Below are positions 10,640-22,191 of a stretch of DNA of 64,000 nt, one piece after another (position 1 is the stretch's first letter; the number at the start of each line of letters is the position of its first letter). The position numbers and the translations under genes were made by a program. This DNA is from an uncultured Nitrososphaeraceae archaeon (GTDB lineage: Archaea > Thermoproteota > Nitrososphaeria > Nitrososphaerales > Nitrososphaeraceae). The DNA is taken from the NCBI GenBank assembly GCA_963765895.1, contig CAVXZB010000024.1, positions 32,001 through 96,000 of the forward strand. Reading direction: 5' to 3'. The notes below the pieces were generated by a model. That model was not told the DNA's origin, did not search any database, and saw only the letters and a program-made list of their open reading frames with translations.

Positions 10640-11368
10640 ATGACTAAAAAAATACTGTCAATTCAAAATATCGAATGCGAGACACTTGGAATACTCGAGC
10701 CACTTCTACTGGCTGATGGATATGAAATACAAAATGTCCTAGCAAAAGAACTTCCTGGTCACATAAACCCAGAATCGTATAAGGCTATAATAGTACTTGG
10801 TGGGCCCATGTCGGCATACGACAACTTGAAATATCTTAACTTCGAAAAGCTATTGATCAAAAATGCTGTACTTGAACAGATTCCAGTCCTGGGGATATGT
10901 TTGGGTTCGCAACTCATCGCCTCTGCGCTTGGTGGTAAGGTCTATAAGGGAAATCAAAAAGAGATAGGCTGGCATTACATCGATCTTTCTGAAGATGGCA
11001 AGGAAGGAGTGTTTAAGGGGATAAGCAATTCTAGACTAGAAGTATTTCAGTGGCACGGGGACACTTTTGAGCTTCCGGTCAATAGCAAAATTCTAGCTTC
11101 CAGCGAACTCTATATTCAGGCCTTCAAGATCGGGACAGCTATTGGCATCCAATTCCATATCGAAGTTACCGAAGATATGATTAATGACTGGCTAACACAG
11201 TATGGTATGGAAATCCGCACTGAACTCATAAGTTCCACGAAAATATCTCTGGACATTCATACAAAAACTCAGAATCTCAGGAAATACTGTCTTGCTTTTT
11301 ATTCCAACTTTTGCAGTTTCATAGAACAATGCGATTCTGCCAAAAAATCAGCGTCTACTCTTTCATGA
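10640..11368 (+). CDS. Stand-alone class I glutamine amidotransferase (GuaA-like)
   Basis: GGPMS, GICLGSQ nucleophile elbow, QWHGD, QFHIE triad. Confidence 0.88.
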   Translation: MTKKILSIQNIECETLGILEPLLLADGYEIQNVLAKELPGHINPESYKAIIVLGGPMSAYDNLKYLNFEKLLIKNAVLEQIPVLGICLGSQLIASALGGKVYKGNQKEIGWHYIDLSEDGKEGVFKGISNSRLEVFQWHGDTFELPVNSKILASSELYIQAFKIGTAIGIQFHIEVTEDMINDWLTQYGMEIRTELISSTKISLDIHTKTQNLRKYCLAFYSNFCSFIEQCDSAKKSASTLS

Positions 11369-11827
11369 TTGATAGCCTACGTTATCTGCAACACATCATT
11401 TACAAAAATTTAGGCAGCAGAAAATGTGAGGTATACAAACCTTGTATTGGAATAAGCGCACTGACTCCATGAACTCATGTATCATGATAGATAAGATGAT
11501 AAAGGAAAAATAGTACCGATATGATTGCCTACAATACCCTGGTTTTCCCAAATTGATGCTGCCCATATATCATTACCATTCTCAAGTATAATTCTAATTC
11601 AAGAGAATGACTATCTATTTCCAGAATATTTTCATAGTGAAGTACTTCATGCACTTCAAGATGTCGTGTACTTCAAGGTGATCCCTAGAGTGATAAGTTA
11701 TCACTTGCGGATTGCTAAAGAATGAAGGGAACAATTTAAGTGGATGGCCTATTGCAATACACTACGGTATCGGTGCACACAGTTAATAGGTTTGAGATAT
11801 CAAATTAGATGGATTCGAATAATTTTC

Positions 11828-12820
11828 CTAACTTATCATACCAGCATACATGAAAGGCAACAAGGTAGTTACCTCCCCATGAATGGTGATCTGCTTTGCC
11901 ATTGTTCTAACTTTTCCCCAAGAAATGGCTTCAGCGACTTTTGCACCGCTGAGACTACCGTCCCACTCCGCTCCCGTAGTCACATATACGGCATAATCTA
12001 AACCACCTCTAAATTGGTTCCACCAAAGGGTATGATGCTTAGAAATTCCTCCGCCTAACATAAAAGCCCCCGTTTTCTTAGCCTCGTATATTACATCAGA
12101 TAACTTCGATTGATCACTCAGAAGATTAAGCTTAAAATCTTTATGATTTTGATAAAATAACCATATTTGGCTTCCGACTGCGCCGTCGAGGATGCCAGGA
12201 ACTATTACTGGAATATTATTTTTGTTTGCCCAATACAAAAATGAAGTTTCGTCCAATCTGCTGCCGATATATTTAGTAATATCAAAACTAGAAAATTCTT
12301 TAGTGTCGCTTTCTCTATACATTTCCATTAACCATTTTTGCATTTTTTTCTCTATTAATGGCCCATAGTTTTCATTAGGAATTAGTACATTGCCCAGACG
12401 GTGTATTTTTTTATCGTGTAGGAGGCTGTCGTCTATCTCGAACTCACCAGCGAAATATTTTTCATACGTCCTTGCGATATCGTGGTCAAGGGCACCGCAT
12501 GTGGTTATCACACATTGAAACATATTGTCCTTTAACATGTCACGTATTATTCCCCGGGTGCCCGTCGAGATAATTGCTGCTACAAAAGAAAGAAATCTAG
12601 TACATTTGCTGTCATTGCGCATAGTTCTGAGTATATTGATGCCGGTTGCGAGATTTCTAGACTCAAATCCTCCGGAGCTTGACATTGATCGAATTATAGA
12701 ACCAACATCATCTGATCTAATTGAGAAATCAGCTATGTTCTCTGTCAATAAGGATTTCTTTCTGATCTTATTTCTATACTCGGTTCTGTTTCTGTTTCTG
12801 TGTGGTACGGCCATAGTCAT
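11828..12820 (-). CDS. dys: Deoxyhypusine synthase (archaeal type)
   Basis: RLGNVLIP, DGAVG, GGGISKHH, DGSLSGA..EAISWGK (catalytic Lys). Confidence 0.9.
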   Translation of the reverse strand: MTMAVPHRNRNRTEYRNKIRKKSLLTENIADFSIRSDDVGSIIRSMSSSGGFESRNLATGINILRTMRNDSKCTRFLSFVAAIISTGTRGIIRDMLKDNMFQCVITTCGALDHDIARTYEKYFAGEFEIDDSLLHDKKIHRLGNVLIPNENYGPLIEKKMQKWLMEMYRESDTKEFSSFDITKYIGSRLDETSFLYWANKNNIPVIVPGILDGAVGSQIWLFYQNHKDFKLNLLSDQSKLSDVIYEAKKTGAFMLGGGISKHHTLWWNQFRGGLDYAVYVTTGAEWDGSLSGAKVAEAISWGKVRTMAKQITIHGEVTTLLPFMYAGMIS

Positions 12821-13309
12821 CTTACTATTACAGTGGAATAAAATTTCTTGCTAGTAGTCTAGAGACTATCTTTATTTTGGATGATCTTTAAGTTGTTACA
12901 CAAGTGGTATGACTGTATCGCCCTAAACAATTTCAACTCGGATAAGTCAGGAACTCTTTATTTTATTGGTTGTCAATATCAAATCATCAAAGCTTGGATA
13001 ATTTATAAACGGTTAGTCGATATTCAAAGTATAGGCAAGTCATATTCAGCTCATCCAAGTCATTAGTTTCGAGGTAAAGCAGTCTAGACAGTCTCAGCTG
13101 TCTTATTTGATTACACCTAATTTTCAGCATAGGAAATATTCACGGATACTCGCTGAATGTCACTTCGATATAATTTAGATTCCTGTTGTTGTAATTCCAC
13201 TGATATTTATAATTGATAATTGGACTATCAAGCCATTAGAAACTTCTGAATCGATGTTGACAATCACAGACTGGACTATGCAATTTTTAAAAGTAACTGG
13301 CATTAATGA

Positions 13310-14389
13310 TTGCAAATGGATAATTATCATGCGTTCACGGGTAGGAAAATAGATCCCCCTAGTATTAGTGAAAATATGACTGTGTCTAAACTTATAGAGT
13401 ATTTTGGTTCAACTGGATATAATGCGCGTCGTCTGGCAGAGGCAGCCAGTATATTTAAACACATGATCGATAGTAATGCGACAATCTGTCTAACTATAGC
13501 AGGAGCCATGACTCCAGCAGGAATAGGTGGAGCCATCAAAATAATGATTGAAAAAGGTTTCGTTGACTGGATAGTTTCTACCGGGGCAAATATTTATCAC
13601 GATCTACATTTTGCGTATGGCCTACCAGTACGTCAAGGCCATTTCAATGTAGACGATGACATCCTCTATTCCAAACAAATAGTTAGGATATACGACGTCT
13701 ATATTAAGGAAACAGGAACGCTCCAAGCGCAAGATATCATAGTTCAAAACGACGTCAGAAATGGTATGAAATATACGTCTGATCTCAATTCAACTGCTGA
13801 TGTATCGCATATTCTTGGGAGAGCTGCGAAAGCAAATTCACATTTTCCTGAAAAATCATTTACAGTGGCGGCCTTCGAAAATGACATTCCAATCTACATC
13901 CCTGCGATTAGTGACTCCTCTATAGGGTTGAATATGTTGCCTTTATTATTTGATGACCAGCACATGCCCTTTAATGTCATAAACGATGTAGCCGAATCAG
14001 CCGCCATCCTCTGGAAGTCTCGAAAATCCGGCGCACTGGAACTAGGCGGAGGAGTTCCAAAAAATTTTTTTCAACAAACCGGTCCGACACTATACCAAAT
14101 ACTGAAACTAAAGGAAGGCGGCCACGATTACATTATTCAGTTAACTGATGCAAGACCAGACACCGGCGGATTATCTGGGGCGACGATACAGGAAGGAAAA
14201 AGCTGGGGTAAAATCAAGACCTCCCATTCAGGCAACGTAATTGTATATGGTGATGCTTCCGTGTATTTTCCAATATTGTGTGCTTATGCCATTTCTGAGT
14301 GTAAACCCCGTAAGCAGAAGAGGATTTTTGCATGTAAGACTAAGTGGACGAAGGAGATGAAAGAAATTTATCTTAACAAGAAAAGGTAA
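13310..14389 (+). CDS. Second DHS-family protein (possible homospermidine synthase-type paralogue)
   Basis: AGAMTPAG, STGANIYHD, SDSSIG, GGGVPKNF, DTGGLSGAT..EGKSWGK. Confidence 0.85.
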   Translation: MQMDNYHAFTGRKIDPPSISENMTVSKLIEYFGSTGYNARRLAEAASIFKHMIDSNATICLTIAGAMTPAGIGGAIKIMIEKGFVDWIVSTGANIYHDLHFAYGLPVRQGHFNVDDDILYSKQIVRIYDVYIKETGTLQAQDIIVQNDVRNGMKYTSDLNSTADVSHILGRAAKANSHFPEKSFTVAAFENDIPIYIPAISDSSIGLNMLPLLFDDQHMPFNVINDVAESAAILWKSRKSGALELGGGVPKNFFQQTGPTLYQILKLKEGGHDYIIQLTDARPDTGGLSGATIQEGKSWGKIKTSHSGNVIVYGDASVYFPILCAYAISECKPRKQKRIFACKTKWTKEMKEIYLNKKR

Positions 14390-14418
14390 TTAATACTCGT
14401 AGAATTAGGCTTTAGAGT

Positions 14419-14880
14419 ATGTCCAATATTAGAAGTGGTAACTTTTTGATACGTGAATTAGACAATGCTGATCTGGATAACGGTTTTTACGAAAGTTTGT
14501 CCAACTTATCAAATGTATCTGGGATGGACCGCTTACGAGCTCTGCAGTTGTTTGATTTTATTAAATCTGATCCACAACACAAAATTTTCGTAGCAGTCCT
14601 TAATGATGGAACTGTAATAGGTTCAATAACAGTATTAATAGAGAAGAAGTTTATTCATAATTGTGGAAAAGCTGCCCATATAGAAGATGTTGTAACGCGC
14701 AAGGGACATGAAGGTATGGGGATCGGGTCAGCTCTAGTGAAAAGGGCGCTTGATTTTTCGGCCAGCGTTGGCTGCTATAAAGTTATTTTGGATTGTTCGG
14801 AAAGAAATGTAGCATTTTATGAAAATAATGGATTCAAAAGGTATGGGGTAGCGATGAGATACGATCTGTCTAGCACATAA
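14419..14880 (+). CDS. GNAT acetyltransferase, glucosamine-6-phosphate N-acetyltransferase (GNA1)-like
   Basis: EKKFIH, HIEDVV, GMGIG, GCYKVILDCSE..VAFYE..GF. Confidence 0.85.
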   Translation: MSNIRSGNFLIRELDNADLDNGFYESLSNLSNVSGMDRLRALQLFDFIKSDPQHKIFVAVLNDGTVIGSITVLIEKKFIHNCGKAAHIEDVVTRKGHEGMGIGSALVKRALDFSASVGCYKVILDCSERNVAFYENNGFKRYGVAMRYDLSST

Positions 14881-15264
14881 TGGGACGGAGGATATGCATT
14901 TGTTCGAAATGAACATTTATTACTCCTGACACATTAAATAGTCAGTCAATTTCCTAGTAAGTATTCAGCCGGTTGATATGTTAGGAGAGCCAACTAATCT
15001 ATATCGTAGAACAGTATCATATCCTAAAGACACTATTGCTAATATCGTACTAAGTAAAATCAAATTATGGTGACACTATAAGACATACATACAATCTTCA
15101 AGTCCTACTTTTGAGTAAAAACCTAATTGAAAATAATTGGTGATTAAGGACAATAAAAAAATTAGGTTCACATTCATTACGCCAACCCGCAAATAAAAAG
15201 TTTTGACGATAAAATATCAATTGAAAGCAAACAATGCTACCAGGCAGATCGATGAAAGAGGCTA

Positions 15265-16179
15265 AGAACTTATCCCAAAATAGATAGACATATAGCTTGT
15301 GAGGGTTTTGTTCATAAGTGTGGCTTATGAAGGTCAAGTATCTTCCAACTGTCAAAAGAATCCCTGATGCGTTAAGGAATGAGGCCAGGTTGTTGATACT
15401 TCCAATAGAAAAACCAAATAGCACCACAGGACATTCAGCAGTACCATTTAGAAAGGTACTGGATAGCATTCTACATGTATTAAGAAATTGATGTCAGTGG
15501 AAGTTGAATCCAAATGAAGATGATTAGGGGTCGACATCATACAAGATTCCGGCAATGATCAATATCAAAGATATTTGAAAGATTATGGACTAGACTTGCA
15601 AAAAGTGTAGGATGACGGCCGGCTATGCATTCAATAGGGGGCAATAGCAATAGTGTATGTAAAGGCACATTTAGTCGATAATGACTCGTTGAACCCAAAT
15701 CTTACAATTAGAGATAAGTCAGTTATGGACAAAACATCATCGTTTATTGACTGATGAGTAAGGTGTTCCATTATATGTTGTTGTAACTGCAGAGAATACC
15801 CATGATATGAACGGCACTATGAATATGCGATAATATTGTAGTCAAAAAGACCATCATCTATGATATATAAAGGAACAGAATCTTTATCTTGATAAAGGAT
15901 ATGACTTTCAAGCGATCGAAGTGTACGAACCAATAAAGGATATCTACCACATATTTGACATAGAGGAGAACAATCAGTTACAAAGATTAATGGTGGTAAT
16001 AATCATTGTCATCATGCTAGAAGAAGATTGGTTGTAGGAACAACTAACTCTTGGCACAACAGGTTCAGAAGACTTTTAGTTGGATATGAGAAGAAGTTAG
16101 GAAGGTATTTTGCGTTAGTAGTAGTATGTTTAGGCTGTTGTATAGTTATCTATAGGAGAATAATTTTGGGATAGGCTCT
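15265..16179 (+). mobile_element. Decayed IS5-family insertion sequence (~0.9 kb)
   Basis: Terminal inverted repeats AGAACTTATCCCAAAAT (15265..15281) and ATTTTGGGATAGGCTCT (16163..16179), 15/17 match; contains a transposase remnant. Confidence 0.85.
15327..16174 (+). pseudogene. IS5-family transposase pseudogene
   Basis: PFRKVLDSILHVLRN*CQWK, LYLDKGYD, VVGTTNSWHNRFRRLLVGYEKK, ..YRRIILG*; several stops and frameshifts. Confidence 0.88.
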
Positions 16180-16330
16180 ACGTATCAACTTGTAACGAAG
16201 ATACCATATCGTATTTGCCAATGGATTCGTGTCCTGTTTCAGCGACATGGGATTCCACGTCTGATTTGAATATAAAATCGAACTTGCAAATATGACAAAT
16301 CCAAACGCTCTTAAGATCATCATAATTCAT
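16178..16330 (-). CDS. Small C2H2 zinc-finger protein (50 aa)
   Basis: WICHICKFDFIFKSDVESHVAETGH; start at 16330 preferred over the track's 16492. Confidence 0.7.
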   Translation of the reverse strand: MNYDDLKSVWICHICKFDFIFKSDVESHVAETGHESIGKYDMVSSLQVDT

Positions 16331-16492
16331 GGAAAATGTATTGAAAAAACTTTGGTTATAAAGAGTCGGTATATATTTAGTAGAGGTTTTCACGATGATA
16401 ACTTCTAGAAGAAAAGAACAAAGTAATCTTCTAGCGCATGTGACTCGGGATATAAAATTTGAGCCAGTCTGAAATAACTCTTCTTGGTCCAT

Positions 16493-16930
16493 TTAAGCTG
16501 ATTTTTGGATCATTGATTTTAGTTTTGCTTTTAGGTTCGACATCCCAATAGGCTTTATTATAAAATCTTTGACATCTATGGATGGCAATACCTTGCTGAA
16601 TTCTTCTTGGTTAATCTCGAATGCAGTGATAAATGCTATTTTCAGAGATGAATTTTTCTCTTTAATACGTCTATATAGTTCAAAACCGTTCATTTTAGGC
16701 ATCCTAATGTCAGTAAGTACCAGATCATAATAGTTTTCAGGATGACTTTCTACTGCTTTTAGGGCCTCTTCAGCATTTGAATATGTCTCAACATTAAATC
16801 TGTCCTGCGAGGAACTATCATTGTCAAAGAAAGATGATTCCAGGTCCCGTTTAATTATACGTAATATATCCTTCTCATCATCAACAACCAAGATTCTAGG
16901 TCGTTCGTCTTCTATTCGATTGTTGATCAT
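16493..16930 (-). CDS. Single-domain response regulator (receiver)
   Basis: ILVVDDE, LTDIRMP.MNG, FITA, IIKP. Confidence 0.93.
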   Translation of the reverse strand: MINNRIEDERPRILVVDDEKDILRIIKRDLESSFFDNDSSSQDRFNVETYSNAEEALKAVESHPENYYDLVLTDIRMPKMNGFELYRRIKEKNSSLKIAFITAFEINQEEFSKVLPSIDVKDFIIKPIGMSNLKAKLKSMIQKSA

Positions 16931-17433
16931 TGACTATTGAAAAAAATGACTAATATTTAATGTTATCAAACAATTTACTGTAATACTTGACCTTGAAAGT
17001 ATTGACGGTTAGCAATAATTTTTCATCTATCAGTAATAGATAGGAGATAGGACTGCATCACAAAAAGGAGTTGATAATATTTCAAATTGAATTTATAACT
17101 AATGAATTAGTTAAACAAAAAATATTCCCAAAGAAAATTAGTATGAGATATGTTACCTATCGCTTAAAAGACATGCTATCGCTCATAATTCGTTATGCAT
17201 CCCGATGACCTAAAGATAATATGGATTTGCCAAGATTGTGACTCACATTTCATATTCTATTCCGACGTAATTGATCATAAAGAGCAGACTGGTCATTCAA
17301 AATTAATAAAGAATAGTATAATGTCCAACGAATCCATTGAAAAATAGTCTCAGAATTTTAGCCTAGTGTTGATTTGTTCATCTATTTAGTACTGAGCTAC
17401 ACGGGTTCTATGATATACAGATACGCATTTTCT

Positions 17434-19354
17434 TTATCTCACACCCAATGGAATGCAAAAGGTAAATGTCGCACCTCGTTCGGGTACCGTTATTATCTGC
17501 CCAAATTTTTCCGCCGTGTGCCTCGATTATGCTTCGTGAAATGAACAGCCCCAACCCTGTCCCATTTTCGGACTTTGACGCAAATTTAGAAAAGAGTCTT
17601 GGGAGAATTTCGGAATCTATTCCAAGACCGGTGTCCCGAACCGAGACAGTAACTTGATTTGGCGATTTTTGGACTTCTACTGAAATCGAACCTCTTTCAG
17701 AAAATTTTACGGCATTACTAAGTAAATTGGAAGCTACCTGATACAGTCTCCCCTTATCTGCAAAGACATCAACGTTAACCGGTTTGTAAAGTACTTGAAT
17801 ATATTGAAGCTCTGGGTTATTTGCAATCTGCAGTTTTACATCTTGTCCTGCTGCTGCTAGGACATCGTTCAAGTTGAACAGCTCTTTGCGAAGTTTAAGG
17901 CTCTTGCTCTCAATTTTGGTGACGTCCAAAATATCGGACGCAAGACGATCAAGTCTCTTTGCATTACGAATTATAGACTTAATTTGTTCATTGTCAAGGA
18001 ACGTTGGCTCTATTCCCGTGTTAACCTGTCTTTCCATGTATTCGGCATCCCCTAAAATGGGCATTATTGGCGTACGGAGTTCGTGCGCTGCGATATTAAT
18101 GAATTCTTTTTGCATCTTGTCGTGGACTTTAAGTTGTTCATTTGCGCTTGCAAGTAACCTGTTGGATTCGATCAAGGATTGGTTGGCATTCTTTAGCTCA
18201 CTAGTTCTAGTATTAACTGCCGTTACCAATCTTCTATTCCAAGAGAGGATCAGAAAGGCCATACCCATGGAGATAGCGGCAATGGTAGCAACAACTATTG
18301 TACTAAAATTCTTTTGTTGGTCAATCAAGTATCCCACATCGCTCGTCAAATTGTGCGGGGATCCTATAAATATAGTCCAGAGATGCTTTCCGTTAATTAG
18401 GACAGGTTGGTAAGAAATGGTACTTGTATTACCACGAAAAGTGATATCTTCTGCGCCAGGACTATCTCCCAAAGATCGCTTTAATATGCTATTGTATGAT
18501 CTTTTTGCGTCTGCAGGAATAGTGGATTGGAACTCATCCGATAGATAGTTTTTGCCTACAAGAGTGTGATTTCTTGCATAGATAAAAACGCCATTCTCAT
18601 CCATCAGGCCTAAACTACTTATAAAGTAAGGCGAGAGTCCTTTCTGTAAGAATTTCCCAATAGTTTGTACGCTAATTGCAGCGATTATAATTCCTCCAAA
18701 CTTTCTTGTTTCAGTGGAGTTTCGTGAACTGGTCGAATTTAAATCTGACTTATTCGGTTCGAATATCGGATATGAAATATACAATCTAGGGATTTTATCA
18801 GGCGATTCGAATATGCTGCTGTAGTATGGAACTCGCAAATCTCTTGGAACTTTGAAAAATTCACGGTCACTCAGATTGAATCCCTTATATTTTTTCAGAG
18901 TCTGGGCATCTATATTACTCCAGGTAACAATTCTGCCTTGTTTATCAAGCCAATAGTAACCATCGGTCAATTGTTTGGTAGAATCCTGTGCCGCGTTAAG
19001 CAATACTTGTCCTGTCTTGGCTTGACTAGCGTTTTGGAGCGGAGGTGCGTTTGTGAGGGCTTGTAAGTTGTTAGTAACTGAATCTATACTGTGGACTAGA
19101 ATTTGGGATAGATCATGTGCTTCTATCTTTGCGTTGGATCGCACATCCATTGAGGCAATTTGCGATATTTCGTTTGCCGTAATCGTGGAATACTGATATG
19201 AAATTGCAGACAAAAATATCCCGATGGCTGCAATAGAAAGTAAGATCGCAAGATTACTCTTTGTTAGCGTTGTTTTTATCAAGAGATGATATCTATTTCT
19301 ACCATATTCTGATACATAAAGTATGAATATCGATCTTCTATCATATTTTATCAC
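17434..19354 (-). CDS. Membrane sensor histidine kinase with extracellular Cache-like domain; +1 frameshift near 17483
   Basis: TM-Cache-TM layout, AAHELRTP H-box, NLLSNAVKF, DTGLG, GTGLGL; frame correction gives ..NNGTERGATFTFCIPLGVR* ending at 17434; start uncertain. Confidence 0.92.
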
Positions 19355-19758
19355 AAATATTTTAGCATGTTAAGAGGTCAAGTAGGGTGAACTATGCTTG
19401 TTGGTCTTCGATTTGATGAGTTTAGGTATCGTTGCAAATCTCTTGTTTGATGGCTATGTAATATTTTCTTGAAATTGACAAGAATTGTTTTTATCCTAAC
19501 TATGGGGGCAGCTATCGAATTCTGCTAACAGTCATCAGTCAAGAGGGGTTTTAGGCAAAAGATAACTGTAATAGTACGATATTTCAGACCATTTTTGAAA
19601 CAGCTTTGCAAAGATCTGTTGCGGACAAGAGATACATATCCAGATATACAAACGGATTTAGTATTTTCTTTATTCTAAATAACGAATTCTGTTTATGGAA
19701 AATATATATCTGCTCTGGGCATAATTAGTTTTATATCAGTTTAGTCAATTACAAATAC

Positions 19759-20028
19759 GTGACTCTACCAAGATCCTGCTCTTTTAGGTCCCAGCAAACT
19801 AATTGTAATTTGCCCCCTAATTATATACTTTCACTTGAAGATAATGATAATAACGAATACATGATTGGGGCGGTTTGCGACATACATAAGGAGGCTGTAA
19901 AGGCTAGAATTCAAGCCTTGCAAGCTCGTTCAAAAATACCTAGTGGCAAAATAAAATTCAATCCGGTAGTGTTTCTTGGAACGAATTGTTTGAAGATACC
20001 ATACGAGGAGTATGAAAATTCTCGATAA
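19759..20028 (+). CDS. Small hypothetical protein with a possible C/C/C/H Zn site
   Basis: CS..C..P.Y...EYMIGAVCDIH; TATA-like element about 25 nt upstream. Confidence 0.6.
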   Translation: MTLPRSCSFRSQQTNCNLPPNYILSLEDNDNNEYMIGAVCDIHKEAVKARIQALQARSKIPSGKIKFNPVVFLGTNCLKIPYEEYENSR

Positions 20029-20833
20029 AGCTGATGGATCTGGCGTCCCCGATAACCTAAAATTTTATCATAATTGTCTACTAGCTGACAAGCTAATTTA
20101 GTATGAAAATCACTTGATAGACAATAGAAGATAATGTTAAACTCGTGCCGTTGAAAGAGATCAAAATATATACCACGGATTATAGCAAGGAAAATTATCT
20201 ATCCTTATAGCCTTGCGTAAAGACCAAGTAGCCTTATAAGAGGCGCTAGGAGACATCAACATCATGTTCTTATTCTTCGAAACAGAATTAATCCACCAAT
20301 AGCATTACTGCAGGTATAATAAAGGATGATATACAGTAGCTAATTGATTGTGAAGATCTCTTTGGAATTTGTCCGTGAACAAAGCTGGATCAAGGCCAGT
20401 CTGCCCGAAATCAGGTTGTCAGCTACTAGTGAGTCTTGCTAGATCAGCAACTAGGGAAAACTAACAAACGCCTTCTGTAGAAATGATTACGTCAGGGCGC
20501 AAAGTTCATAATTCTTCCGTATGATTGAATAAATGTTGCACTTTAATGTGTAATAATGTTAGCCCGCTGGCTCAGGTTCTACTGCACTAAAAACTTTTGA
20601 TAATAGTAATTGCAACACGAGATGAGACTTGATATTGGTACATCCTCAAATGCTTAAAGACGAGGGTGGTTCGATTGTTCTATGCAGTACACTTGTAGTT
20701 CAGTATGGTAGACGATCTTTTCATCCTATTTAATTGTCAATCTATCTAAAACTGAAATTGATAGTTAATACGATCCGATTTATTAATAAACAAATGAAAT
20801 GTTTAAAGCATCTATCATTTCAGCCTTGATAAG

Positions 20834-21457
20834 ATGGATCCGACAGATAAGGCCATTCTAGTGTCGCTATATATAAGCTCATTAGATCCAACACAAGCTC
20901 CGCTAGAAAGGATTAGAACTCGCTTTCCATTGCCTAACGACATTTATAATAACAGAATTAAAGATCTAGTCTCCAAAGGATTAGTTGAAAAAAATGCTGA
21001 TAGGCTTACCTTTATAGGCAGAGACGCTATTAAGGTGGTTTTGGTAGGTGGAGTGTTTGATCTGATCCATCCTGGCCACATTCGGACCTTGCTCGGAGCA
21101 AGATCACATGGAGATGTTTTGATAGTGGTTATTGCACGAACCTCTACTGCACTTAAGTTAAAGAAATACAGACAAATTTATCATGATGAAGATTTGCGTA
21201 GGGAATTGGTATCATCCCTGAGTTTTGTTAATCTAGCTGTAATTGGCAGAGAAAGCTCACTTTATGATACTGTCGAATTTATCAAACCTGATATTATTGC
21301 GCTGGGATACGATCAGACCCACAGCGAGAAAGAAATTGCAGAGAACTGTCGAAAGAGGAATCTAAACGTTAGGGTAATCAGGTTAAATACGCCAGTACCG
21401 AAGATCAAAAGCTCTAAGATAAAAGAAGAACTTGGAGAATCAATTTATGGGATATAA
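20834..21457 (+). CDS. ribL: Archaeal FAD synthase (RibL-like nucleotidyltransferase) with N-terminal extension
   Basis: GGVFDLIHPGH, IKPDIIALGYDQ, SSKIK; adjacent to ribK. Confidence 0.75.
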   Translation: MDPTDKAILVSLYISSLDPTQAPLERIRTRFPLPNDIYNNRIKDLVSKGLVEKNADRLTFIGRDAIKVVLVGGVFDLIHPGHIRTLLGARSHGDVLIVVIARTSTALKLKKYRQIYHDEDLRRELVSSLSFVNLAVIGRESSLYDTVEFIKPDIIALGYDQTHSEKEIAENCRKRNLNVRVIRLNTPVPKIKSSKIKEELGESIYGI

Positions 21458-21472
21458 TCGATTGACCGAATT

Positions 21473-22180
21473 TTATCGTCGCCTAACGTTACTAGAGTGA
21501 ACTCTTATCTTGACATTGTCTCCATTTCGAATTCCCAAATAATCTTTGATACAGACCGGGGCGATAACTTCTAATAGACTATTGTCATAATGTGTTCTCT
21601 CCAAAATCAGGATCGCTGAGTCTGTGATAGCTCCATCATTTATGTCTGCAGGGTAACATTTAACCCAACCATACGTCCGTGATCCATCGCTAAATCCATC
21701 AATATAGATATGAGAGGATCGATCTATGTCGTGTCTCGGATTGGTATACAATTGTTCAGACAATTTGACATTTAAAGTTCCAGGATATGGTTGATAACCA
21801 AGCTTTTCGATAAATTGTGTCCGATACCCCTCCAGCGACATATAGTAGGCTCCTTCACCCATACCCGACACGACTTTTCCTTCAAATGAAATAAGTGTCG
21901 ACTTAGAGGGGGCTTCTAACGCCGTTTTAAGCAAAGACGACATGTTTTCGATTTCCTTATAGCCTCGATCTGTTACTCGCACCTTGAACTTTTGCCCTGT
22001 TCGCGCCCGTGCAATAAATCCCAAAGATTCCAATTCCAAAAGGTGCTTTGAAGCGGCTTGCTGCGATTTATTTATGCGCTTTCCTAATTTGCTAGTATTA
22101 ATTTCTATAAAGCCTTGACCTGCACCCATTACCAGCAGCTCTGCTAATGTAGGTATGTGAATAAAGTTGACATCTGACAT
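21473..22180 (-). CDS. ribK: CTP-dependent riboflavin kinase with N-terminal wHTH (RbkR-type)
   Basis: SQQAASKHL HTH; GKVVSGMGEGAYY, PYPGTLN, ERTHY, LEVIAP. Confidence 0.92.
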   Translation of the reverse strand: MSDVNFIHIPTLAELLVMGAGQGFIEINTSKLGKRINKSQQAASKHLLELESLGFIARARTGQKFKVRVTDRGYKEIENMSSLLKTALEAPSKSTLISFEGKVVSGMGEGAYYMSLEGYRTQFIEKLGYQPYPGTLNVKLSEQLYTNPRHDIDRSSHIYIDGFSDGSRTYGWVKCYPADINDGAITDSAILILERTHYDNSLLEVIAPVCIKDYLGIRNGDNVKIRVHSSNVRRR

Positions 22181-22191
22181 TTGGCCTACTA

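Noticed and set aside
15098-15469. 123-aa minus-strand ORF
   Set aside because: Largely antisense to the IS5 transposase remnant and spans the IS boundary
20561-20680. tRNA-like fragments (AGCCCGCTGGCTCAG...GGTTCGATT)
   Set aside because: I could not fold a cloverleaf; no acceptor-stem or T-stem pairing
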